DNA of 64,000 bases, taken from Parcubacteria bacterium C7867-006 (lineage in GTDB: Bacteria; Patescibacteriota; Minisyncoccia; Phycocordibacterales; DATDWN01). Location of the stretch: positions 1,998 to 65,997 of the forward strand of contig LFCP01000004.1 of NCBI GenBank assembly GCA_001189155.1, read 5' to 3'. Numbering within the stretch: position 1 is the stretch's first letter; each line of letters begins with the position of its first letter. Below are positions 56,744 through 63,633 of this stretch, piece after piece. Position numbers and translations under genes: made by a program. The notes beneath the pieces were generated by a model, which was not told the DNA's origin, did no database searches, and was given only the letters and a program-made list of their open reading frames with translations.

Positions 56744-58093
56744 TTAGTTATTTTTAGTAATTTCCTCTTTTACAGTTTTAATAACTTCTTTCTCCACGTC
56801 TTTCATTGTTTTTGTAATCTCACCTTTCAAAGAAGCAAATTTACCATCAAATCCCAAACTAAATTTCGACTCCTTTGTTGGTTCATAAGGCTCTTGATAT
56901 ATCATTGTCATAGAATTAAGTACAAAATCAAGAATCTTCTCTTCATTTTTCTTTTCTCCAAAAGTATTAATCAAAAGTGTAGTATATCCATGCAAAGAAA
57001 GTGCCGTTGCTGATTTAAAAGCATATTTTTCAAGGTAATTTCTCTCTTTGCTATATTCAAAGGTCGCAAAGGTAATGAAGAAAATGAGCGGTGACGTTAA
57101 TGTTAGTCTATACCAAAGATACCCATCCACATTAAGAGTCACACTACTTCTAAGAACATGCCAAAAAAACCAAATAATAAGACATAATAATATTGCTGTA
57201 GATACAACAACAGACCAATACCAAAAGTTTGAACTTTTTTGTAAATCCACTTTTCTCTGATCAAACGAATTCGCCAGAGCACTATCTGTAGCAATTTTGT
57301 AAATCTCTTTTATTTTGTCTTTTAGGTCTGTACTCTCCTTTTCGTGTGACAAAATAAGATCCTTATTTTCTATAGATGTTTTTCTTAAATTTTCAATCTC
57401 TTTTGTATAGTTTTGAGATTCATCTCGGAAAGTTTTTATTTCTAGAAATACTACATCAGACTGTTTTTTCACCGCTTCTATTTCTTCTTGAATAGCTTCT
57501 GAATTTACAAGAATAGTTTTGATACCACCTTCTGGGTCATCAATCTTTTTCTTTATAGTTAAAAACTCTTCGTAAGCAACTTTCATTTGTTGGATGTTTT
57601 GTTGCACAGTAGCTAATGCAGTTCCTATTTGACCCAACTGTTCCTCAGAAGAAACCTTCAATTTATCTATTTCAGCTTTTACTTGAGTAGCTTTGTTTAG
57701 TACAGCTTCTATACCACTTTCTGGATTTATCATTCTAGAATTTACCCCCTTAAACTCTTCGTAAGCAACATTCATTTGTTGGATGTTTTGTTGCACAGTA
57801 GCTAATGAAGTTTTAATCTGACCCAACTGTTCCTCAGAAGAAACCTTCAATTTATCTATTTCGGAAGAAGAGTTCTTTGAACGTTCCAGGTTTGAAATAA
57901 TTCCCGTTGATGGATCATCAAAGGTAGTTCTTAGTAATTCAAATTTTGTATTATAATCGTTAATAACAGCAATAAGGCTGTTTGCCTTATTAGCCATGCT
58001 TTCTATATTGGAAACATCCTGTTTACCCTTATTTATTAAGGTTTTTAGCTCTTCCAATTGTTCTTTTGCTTTTATTATGTCTATATCTTCCAT
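56744..58093 (-). CDS. hypothetical coiled-coil protein with internal about 63-aa tandem duplication and C-terminal TM region
   Basis: The repeat EIDKLKVSSEEQLGQI(K/G)T(S/A)LATVQQNIQQM(N/K)VAYEEF occurs twice. Hydrophobic helices lie near the C-terminus. Confidence 0.45.
   Translation of the reverse strand: MEDIDIIKAKEQLEELKTLINKGKQDVSNIESMANKANSLIAVINDYNTKFELLRTTFDDPSTGIISNLERSKNSSSEIDKLKVSSEEQLGQIKTSLATVQQNIQQMNVAYEEFKGVNSRMINPESGIEAVLNKATQVKAEIDKLKVSSEEQLGQIGTALATVQQNIQQMKVAYEEFLTIKKKIDDPEGGIKTILVNSEAIQEEIEAVKKQSDVVFLEIKTFRDESQNYTKEIENLRKTSIENKDLILSHEKESTDLKDKIKEIYKIATDSALANSFDQRKVDLQKSSNFWYWSVVVSTAILLCLIIWFFWHVLRSSVTLNVDGYLWYRLTLTSPLIFFITFATFEYSKERNYLEKYAFKSATALSLHGYTTLLINTFGEKKNEEKILDFVLNSMTMIYQEPYEPTKESKFSLGFDGKFASLKGEITKTMKDVEKEVIKTVKEEITKNN
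57565..57864. repeat. intragenic tandem duplication (two copies, about 110 bp each, near-identical, period about 189 bp)
   Basis: aactcttcgtaagcaac(t/a)ttcatttgttggatgttttgttgcacagtagctaatg(c/a)ag ... gacccaactgttcctcagaagaaaccttcaatttatctatttc appears at about 57565 and about 57754. Confidence 0.6.
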
Positions 58094-58273
58094 AGTTTTA
58101 TGTTATTGAGAAATGTTAGAAATGTTGACATAACCCTACAATATCCATGATATTTTTACAATAGATACTAGACTTGGACTCAAACCTAATTACTTTTCTA
58201 ATAGTCTACATAAAGACTATCTGGAAAAGCCACAACATCAGAACTAAAAATAGTAAAGTTAGTAGCTTAACTC

Positions 58274-58675
58274 TTACACCTCACCCAACAAATACGCAAT
58301 GTTTGTGTAAACAACCTTTTTTGCCTCCTCTAGAGGGAACCATTTTGATTTCGTGCCTTCTTCGGCTGTAGCTTTTTGGCCAAGTGACTTTGCTTTGAAC
58401 ATTGCGACGACTATCTCCTCGTCTGTGCCACCTCTCAAATATTTTAAATCCGACAGTCTAGAGATGATTTCAACTTCATAACCAGTTTCCTCCAAAACCT
58501 CTCTCACGGCTACATCCTCAAGATTTTCTCCTGCCTCAGCATGACCTTTTGGATATGACCAGATATCCTCGTCCACTCTACTCACCAGCAAAACTTCGTT
58601 GTTGTCGTTTACAACAACACAACCCGCTTTCATAGTCTCCCCGCTTTCATTTTTTATTTTTTTCTCGTGTGACAT
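58274..58675 (-). CDS. NUDIX hydrolase (third copy, small, GC-richer)
   Basis: Nudix box GHAEAGENLEDVAVREVLEETG. The ORF-track N-terminal extension to 58942 overlaps the next membrane gene and is rejected. Confidence 0.65.
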   Translation of the reverse strand: MSHEKKIKNESGETMKAGCVVVNDNNEVLLVSRVDEDIWSYPKGHAEAGENLEDVAVREVLEETGYEVEIISRLSDLKYLRGGTDEEIVVAMFKAKSLGQKATAEEGTKSKWFPLEEAKKVVYTNIAYLLGEV

Positions 58676-58683
58676 TTTGTGAT

Positions 58684-59082
58684 TTAAATATTGTTGAAAC
58701 TTCTCAAAAAGAACTTTCCACCAAACCAAACAAATAGAGGACCAGATACGGCAAGCGCAACAGGATACCAATGGTTGCCCAAACTCCATCCGGAAACTGC
58801 TCCAGCGACTCCACCTATACCACCAAGAATCATAAGGACATACACGTGCTTTATAGGATTTGCAGGAGCCAAACGTGCTGTGACATATCCACCTACTACC
58901 GTGTAAATACTGCGATAGAAAAGAGCCAGGGCCAGCATCCATGTGACATATGATCCAGAGTCAGCAGAAGAAGGAAATACTCCAAACTTTTCGAGCACAA
59001 CGTCAGTGGCTATAGATAAAAATGCAACTGAAACAAACCCCACTATCACTGACCCGATACTTTTAAATATATTTTTATTCAT
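58684..59082 (-). CDS. small polytopic membrane protein
   Basis: Four hydrophobic helices. GC-richer than the backbone. Confidence 0.4.
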   Translation of the reverse strand: MNKNIFKSIGSVIVGFVSVAFLSIATDVVLEKFGVFPSSADSGSYVTWMLALALFYRSIYTVVGGYVTARLAPANPIKHVYVLMILGGIGGVAGAVSGWSLGNHWYPVALAVSGPLFVWFGGKFFLRSFNNI

Positions 59083-59113
59083 ATTTTTTATTTTATTATT
59101 GTTTAACGTAAGT

Positions 59114-59515
59114 TTATTTGCTAGAGATTGCGCTGGTAATAAAGTAAGTCACCGTAGATACAGAAGCTGCGAGCACGGCGCCCCAGATCATGTCCACGAT
59201 AGTTATGAGTAGTGGCCAGTCTTTTGCCACAGCGAGGTTGGTGAGGTCGTATGTTGCATAGCAGACAAGACCGAACAGTGCGCCGAACATAACTGCGTAC
59301 ATCCATGAACCTTTTTCTACTGCTGGAGTGATAACGAAAACAACTAGTCCAACGATGAACAAAAGGTAGAAAGTTATTGCTGCGACCCAGTTAACATCTG
59401 TTTTGAGAAGTGAGCCTATCTGAGCACGATAAAAGTTTTTTGAAACAACACCTAGCCAGAACATGTCGATAGCAAAGAAAACTGGAAGAGCTATAACGTA
59501 AAGTTTTATGAACAT
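59114..59515 (-). CDS. small polytopic membrane protein (DUF2177-like)
   Basis: Four hydrophobic helices. GC-richer than the backbone. Confidence 0.4.
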   Translation of the reverse strand: MFIKLYVIALPVFFAIDMFWLGVVSKNFYRAQIGSLLKTDVNWVAAITFYLLFIVGLVVFVITPAVEKGSWMYAVMFGALFGLVCYATYDLTNLAVAKDWPLLITIVDMIWGAVLAASVSTVTYFITSAISSK

Positions 59516-59557
59516 AATGTGTAAAGTTATTTTTAACTACAAGATTATAACATTTTA

Positions 59558-60415
59558 TTATTGGGTCGCTCTACATTCCTGCTGATTAAGGTATTTTTTG
59601 GTTAGAGTAGAGAGATTTACTGTTACTTTTGACATAATGACTGCGCCGAGGCCGTTTGAGGTGTAGGTTTTCAAATCAGGACAGTTTTGGGTTGTAGGTT
59701 TTATTGAAGTCTTTGCGAAATAAGTAATACTGTCCCCCACAACATCCACTGGTTTTGCATACGAGTCAGTGAATACTTGTTTTTTGGTCCTCAAATCATA
59801 AACAACAAGTCCGCGAGGTTCTGGAGCTGTGCCTTTGTCTATGAGTAAAAAGTTATCTGTAAAAGCTAGAAAATATTCTGCCTCAAGATTCTTCAGTTCA
59901 AAGTCTCCACTGGCGACTTCGTACTTACAAGAAAAATTTTGAGTAGGACTAGTTTTGTATTTCACCAAAATATTTGAACCAACATTTGGGGCCAAACTCT
60001 TTTCAATTGCAAAATATTTGGAACTTTCGTGACAAGACAGCGATGGATCTTCTACAACCATCCAGTTTTTTATATATATAGTTCGTTTTACTCTGTCTAC
60101 TCCTTGTTCGAGGAATATGTCATATGCTCCTGCCTCTTCATACGAGTTGAAAGAAGCAATAGTCAGAGCGTAACTAGATCCAACAGAGTCAACAGCGAGT
60201 TTCGACGCTTTTTTAATATCAGCAGTCATATCAAATGATCTAATACAAGCACCAACATTTTCATCAAAAGCATAACCAGCTGATATCAGACAACCGCTTT
60301 TGTCCCTATCACCACCAATAGTTGGTTCTTTTCTGTTGAAAAAATAAACAGCTACGATAATCCCAACAGCAAATATAAAAACAAATAAAATAGTTAGGTT
60401 CTTTTTCATAAACAT
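59558..60415 (-). CDS. hypothetical secreted/anchored protein
   Basis: N-terminal signal-anchor LTILFVFIFAVGIIVAVYFF. Cys-containing extracytoplasmic domain. Confidence 0.4.
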   Translation of the reverse strand: MFMKKNLTILFVFIFAVGIIVAVYFFNRKEPTIGGDRDKSGCLISAGYAFDENVGACIRSFDMTADIKKASKLAVDSVGSSYALTIASFNSYEEAGAYDIFLEQGVDRVKRTIYIKNWMVVEDPSLSCHESSKYFAIEKSLAPNVGSNILVKYKTSPTQNFSCKYEVASGDFELKNLEAEYFLAFTDNFLLIDKGTAPEPRGLVVYDLRTKKQVFTDSYAKPVDVVGDSITYFAKTSIKPTTQNCPDLKTYTSNGLGAVIMSKVTVNLSTLTKKYLNQQECRATQ

Positions 60416-60527
60416 ATTCTAACATTTTTACGTTTTAAAAACGAAAAACTCGCCGGGGTACGCCCGCTAGGTTAGAAAAATAAATTTCTGCAACAAAAAC
60501 ACTAAAATATAAAATCAAAAAACAAAC

Positions 60528-60556
60528 AGCGCACAATCCCGTATGGGATTGTGCGC
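60528..60556 (-). terminator. intrinsic terminator (perfect 13-bp stem) downstream of parB-like gene
   Basis: agcgcacaatccc gtat gggattgtgcgct. The minus-strand reading is followed by a U-rich run. Confidence 0.55.
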
Positions 60557-60572
60557 TTCGGACTCACCGAAA

Positions 60573-61925
60573 CTAGTCCTTACTCCTGACCGTGGTCCTC
60601 AAGTCAACCTGATCGCGGAGCATGGTCAATTTTTCAGCGAGATCATCGATCTCCTTGAGAACGTTCTGTCTGTCCTCAAGTGGACGATTTTGAAAGAGCT
60701 CATCGATTGCACGATGGGGCATGTCAACGAGATGCTCCAAGTTCTCGTTCGCCTTCCGCAGATAGTTGCGCAGGATTACGTAATCCTCTCTTGGACTACG
60801 TCCGGGTGACCCAACCCTGATGCCGGCGGCCGAAGCCAACTGGCGAGCCAGATGTTTGGCCTTCGCAACACTAAGACCCTTCTCGACAGCCTCCTTGCAG
60901 ACTTTGAGTTGAATCTCCCGGCTCTCGATTGACGCCAGGAAAACACCCATGGACTGTGGAAGTGCCGAACGCTCATTGTCGTCCGGCTCCAACATATCCT
61001 GAACTTCCTTTGGCAGGTTGAGAAGCTTCAGGTAGTTGAATGCCCAGACGTCGGTCTTGCCGGTCAACGAGGCGATGATCCTGAGAGCAGCCATCTTGCT
61101 GAGGTCTGCATATTCAGGAAAATCCATCATGCGCCGAATTGAGCGAGCGGTCTCGAGAGGAGTGTGTCCTTCGCGAGCAAAGTTCGCCACGAAAGACTTC
61201 TTGAACTGGTCTTCGGAGTCTTTGACCTCCCTGACCGTAGCGAGCATCTCCTCGACACCGAGCTTGGTGCAAGCACGAAGCCGTCGCTCACCCTCAATCA
61301 GCTCATAGTCAAAGTTGGGGTCATCATCGATCGGACGAACGATGATCGCCGTAACCTGACCAATGGCCTTGATGCTGGTCATGAGTTCCTGCATCTTCTT
61401 GGGACTGAAGTACGTGCGAGGTTGACCCTTGAGGGGTCTCACCCGTTTCGTCTTCACCAGGAACTCACCCTCCCACTTTCTTGGTGCTGGAGGTACAGTC
61501 ACAGGACCGGGGCTGCGCATGAGGTGAGCCGGAATCTGCCGTCTGGTGGTAACACCAGGCACAGCGTAATCAGCTCCGTTACCATTGCCGTTCCCGTTTC
61601 CACCAACTTCATCGCTGAAATAGGTGTTGAGGTTCTTTTCCAGATGGTTCGAGGAGTACTCGGTGTGAATCTGGTCGTCCTTGATGCCGTTCTTTCTTGC
61701 CCACGTTTTGATGATGTTCTCGGCATCTTTCTTCATTGCGTATGGAAGAACGATTCCAACCACACCGTCAGGCACAGTACCGGCGCCAAGGAACTCCCAT
61801 GAGTTCATCCAGTGGACACGTGCTCCAAACCGGAGTTGTGCCTTTCTGGGTAGGCTCATGTTGACGACAATGATCTTTCCACCGGAAGGAAAGGGCAGAC
61901 CACTAGTTGTGTTGCTCAAACTCAA
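60573..61925 (-). CDS. ParB/Srx-fold (ParB N-terminal domain) protein with N-terminal extension and GNGNGNGNG linker. Orphan (no parA)
   Basis: IKAIGQVTAIIVRPID ... YELIEGERRLRACTKLG and NFAREGHTPLETARS match ParB boxes. TTG start with RBS ggagg. GC-rich islet. Confidence 0.6.
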   Translation of the reverse strand: MSLSNTTSGLPFPSGGKIIVVNMSLPRKAQLRFGARVHWMNSWEFLGAGTVPDGVVGIVLPYAMKKDAENIIKTWARKNGIKDDQIHTEYSSNHLEKNLNTYFSDEVGGNGNGNGNGADYAVPGVTTRRQIPAHLMRSPGPVTVPPAPRKWEGEFLVKTKRVRPLKGQPRTYFSPKKMQELMTSIKAIGQVTAIIVRPIDDDPNFDYELIEGERRLRACTKLGVEEMLATVREVKDSEDQFKKSFVANFAREGHTPLETARSIRRMMDFPEYADLSKMAALRIIASLTGKTDVWAFNYLKLLNLPKEVQDMLEPDDNERSALPQSMGVFLASIESREIQLKVCKEAVEKGLSVAKAKHLARQLASAAGIRVGSPGRSPREDYVILRNYLRKANENLEHLVDMPHRAIDELFQNRPLEDRQNVLKEIDDLAEKLTMLRDQVDLRTTVRSKD

Positions 61926-62061
61926 CCTCCGAGGAAATAGTTACGAATTTGTTGGTGCTATTCCGTTTTTCAGTCTAGTAAATATATAAATTATTGTCTA
62001 TGATTCCAAACTATTAGATTTGTTGTGTATTTTTATTTTTTTTGGTAATCTAATTGTTACT

Positions 62062-62150
62062 GGGCCCGTAGCTCATCTGGCAGTTGCGTAGCAACAAGTC
62101 AAATAGCCACATCATTTGAGCAAATGATTAAACGGGTCTAAAACAAGTTT
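62062..62150 (+). pseudogene. degenerate tRNA-Ala copy (5' acceptor + D-arm intact, T-arm deleted, internal insertion)
   Basis: The first 19 nt gggcccgtagctcatctgg are identical to the downstream tRNA-Ala. It also shares cacatcatttg and cgggtc, but cannot form a cloverleaf. Confidence 0.4.
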
Positions 62151-62164
62151 GAAATTTAATATTT

Positions 62165-62237
62165 GGGCCCGTAGCTCATCTGGTAGAGCACATCATTTGC
62201 AATGATGGGGTGGCAGGTTCGAGTCCTGTCGGGTCCA
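62165..62237 (+). tRNA. tRNA-Ala (anticodon UGC)
   Basis: Manual cloverleaf: acceptor GGGCCCG/CGGGTCC with G3:U70, D-arm GCTC-ATCTGGTA-GAGC, anticodon arm CATCA-TTTGCAA-TGATG, T-arm GCAGG-TTCGAGT-CCTGT, discriminator A. CCA is not encoded. Confidence 0.9.
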
Positions 62238-62239
62238 CA

Positions 62240-62270
62240 GAAAAAAGTCCGCTGTAAGGCGGATTTTTTC
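62240..62270. terminator. short hairpin flanked by A6/T6 runs after the tRNA
   Basis: aaaaaag tccgc tgtaag gcgga ttttttc. Confidence 0.4.
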
Positions 62271-62271
62271 G

Positions 62272-62360
62272 TGACCCGAAGTAAAGCGAAGCTTTACTTC
62301 AGGACTCGAACGGAAACCTGGTTACGCGGCGAGTGCGCCGTGTCAGGTTTCCGCGTCCTA
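62272..62360. repeat. structured non-coding segment carrying an inverted 12-nt copy of the tRNA-Ala T-arm plus nested long stem-loops
   Basis: caggactcgaac (62296-62307) is the reverse complement of gttcgagtcctg in the tRNA. Stems cgaagtaaagc/gctttacttcg and cggaaacctg/caggtttccg. Confidence 0.35.
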
Positions 62361-62513
62361 ACTTTTATTGAGTGGCGATGAATTAAAAGTTAGGAAGAGT
62401 CCTGTGTTTCAGAACAAGTGTACTAACCCTATAAGGGTCAAATCCGATATTTAACATTTGACAATCCTCCCAAAATACCGCAATCTTTTGCTCAGAGCGA
62501 GGGAGGCTCTTTA

Positions 62514-62873
62514 ATGCAAAACACTGTCGCAAAAGAAGCGACATTGCAGACTAAAGCCGTAAAATCGTGGCTGAAATCTGCAGGTTACAGAGAAGTAACC
62601 AGGATGGACCTCAAAGCTAATGGGGTTCTCATCATGGTAGACACGACAAGAATCAAACCGGTTGAAGATGGTGAGATCAAAGCAGGTTACACTGCGGGCA
62701 CCACACTAGTTCAACTCGGCAACCCACCGATAACCGAAAGCGAAATGTTCGGCGGGCTTGAAGTTCTACACTTCCAGATGACCTACCCTGCAATGGGCAG
62801 ACATTCGTTTGTGCCGGTAGACGATGTGCTTACCGGCAAAGAGTCAACGCTCTGGTTTGTTGAAAAGGAGTAG
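62514..62873 (+). CDS. hypothetical protein (119 aa), paralog A of a tandem pair on a GC-rich islet
   Basis: RBS gagggagg precedes the ATG. Shares blocks with the next ORF: GVLIMVDTTRI~CIVMVDVQRL, EVLHFQMTYPAMGRHSFVPVDDVL~KVVHFRHIERASHRPDFVPLEEIL, LWFVEK~RYFVRR. Confidence 0.45.
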   Translation: MQNTVAKEATLQTKAVKSWLKSAGYREVTRMDLKANGVLIMVDTTRIKPVEDGEIKAGYTAGTTLVQLGNPPITESEMFGGLEVLHFQMTYPAMGRHSFVPVDDVLTGKESTLWFVEKE

Positions 62874-62877
62874 ATAG

Positions 62878-63258
62878 GTGGACAATCCACGTTACTTTGA
62901 AGAGGAGATCTTCAAAGCCAAAGCTGTCATGGCGCAACTCGGCTTCGATCCAGTCAAACTGGAGGACATCGTCGCGGACAACTGTATCGTGATGGTGGAT
63001 GTCCAGCGACTCTGCGCCCACAACGCACCTCCAAGCAAACTCGGTGAGGCAGGAACGTCGGTCATCTGCATCGACAACGAGCCAATCCGTGAGCACGAAA
63101 GGATTGCTGGACGAAAGGTGGTCCACTTCCGCCACATCGAGAGAGCTTCCCACAGACCAGACTTTGTCCCTTTGGAGGAAATACTCCGAGACGAGTACGA
63201 CCCGCGAGTCGCCAACTCGTCCGACACGCGCTACTTCGTGAGGCGCAAACGCGATTAG
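62878..63258 (+). CDS. hypothetical protein (126 aa), paralog B of tandem pair
   Basis: GTG start with RBS aaaggag, 4 nt after paralog A's stop. Homology blocks as above. Confidence 0.45.
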   Translation: MDNPRYFEEEIFKAKAVMAQLGFDPVKLEDIVADNCIVMVDVQRLCAHNAPPSKLGEAGTSVICIDNEPIREHERIAGRKVVHFRHIERASHRPDFVPLEEILRDEYDPRVANSSDTRYFVRRKRD

Positions 63259-63282
63259 CGCTACGACTAGACGTCGCACGAG

Positions 63283-63313
63283 AGCCCCGGCCGATACCGG
63301 GGTTCTTTTTTTA
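63283..63313 (+). terminator. intrinsic terminator (ccccgg/ccgggg stem + T7)
   Basis: gagccccggccgataccggggttcttttttt. Confidence 0.6.
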
Positions 63314-63336
63314 TATAAAAAAGATATAATTAAAAT

Positions 63337-63633
63337 ATGTCTATAGAAAATCCAGAAAATGATAAAAAAATAAACCCTGCAGAAATTGAGACTCAAAAAG
63401 AAGAAGAGATTTGGGAGTCTTTTAAAAATACAGAGTCAAAAGAAAACATTAAAAATATTTTTGAAAGTATACTAGAAAAACTTGTAATGGAAGATTACAA
63501 ATACTACCTAGAAGAAACAGAATTTGGAGTTGCTGTAAAAAGAACTGACAATAACGAAACAATTTATTTTACAGATGTAGAGGCTGAGATTGAGACACTG
63601 TACGAAGCAGTAGCAAAAGGAAGAGTTGATTAG
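63337..63633 (+). CDS. hypothetical acidic protein (98 aa)
   Basis: Glu-rich. No motif recognised. Confidence 0.35.
   Translation: MSIENPENDKKINPAEIETQKEEEIWESFKNTESKENIKNIFESILEKLVMEDYKYYLEETEFGVAVKRTDNNETIYFTDVEAEIETLYEAVAKGRVD

Noticed and set aside
58676-58942. N-terminal 89-aa extension of the third Nudix gene (ORF 58274..58942)
   Set aside because: The extension is Cys/Trp/Arg-rich. It overlaps the well-formed membrane-protein gene 58684..59082 on the same strand in another frame. Nudix homology begins only at MSHEKK.
62062-62150. Upstream tRNA-like sequence as a functional intron-containing tRNA
   Set aside because: No T-arm can be formed. The anticodon-region remnant folds into a 7-bp stem with a 4-nt loop instead of an anticodon arm. 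The acceptor 3' strand is truncated. It is better explained as a decayed duplicate.
3880-63315. GC-rich islets as an assembly chimera or contamination artefact
   Set aside because: There are at least 13 separate patches of 0.25-1.6 kb. Each is bounded on both sides by contiguous backbone genes, shares terminators with them, and in one case is driven by a backbone-type promoter. A mis-assembly would not produce such fine interleaving. Read-level validation would still be worthwhile.
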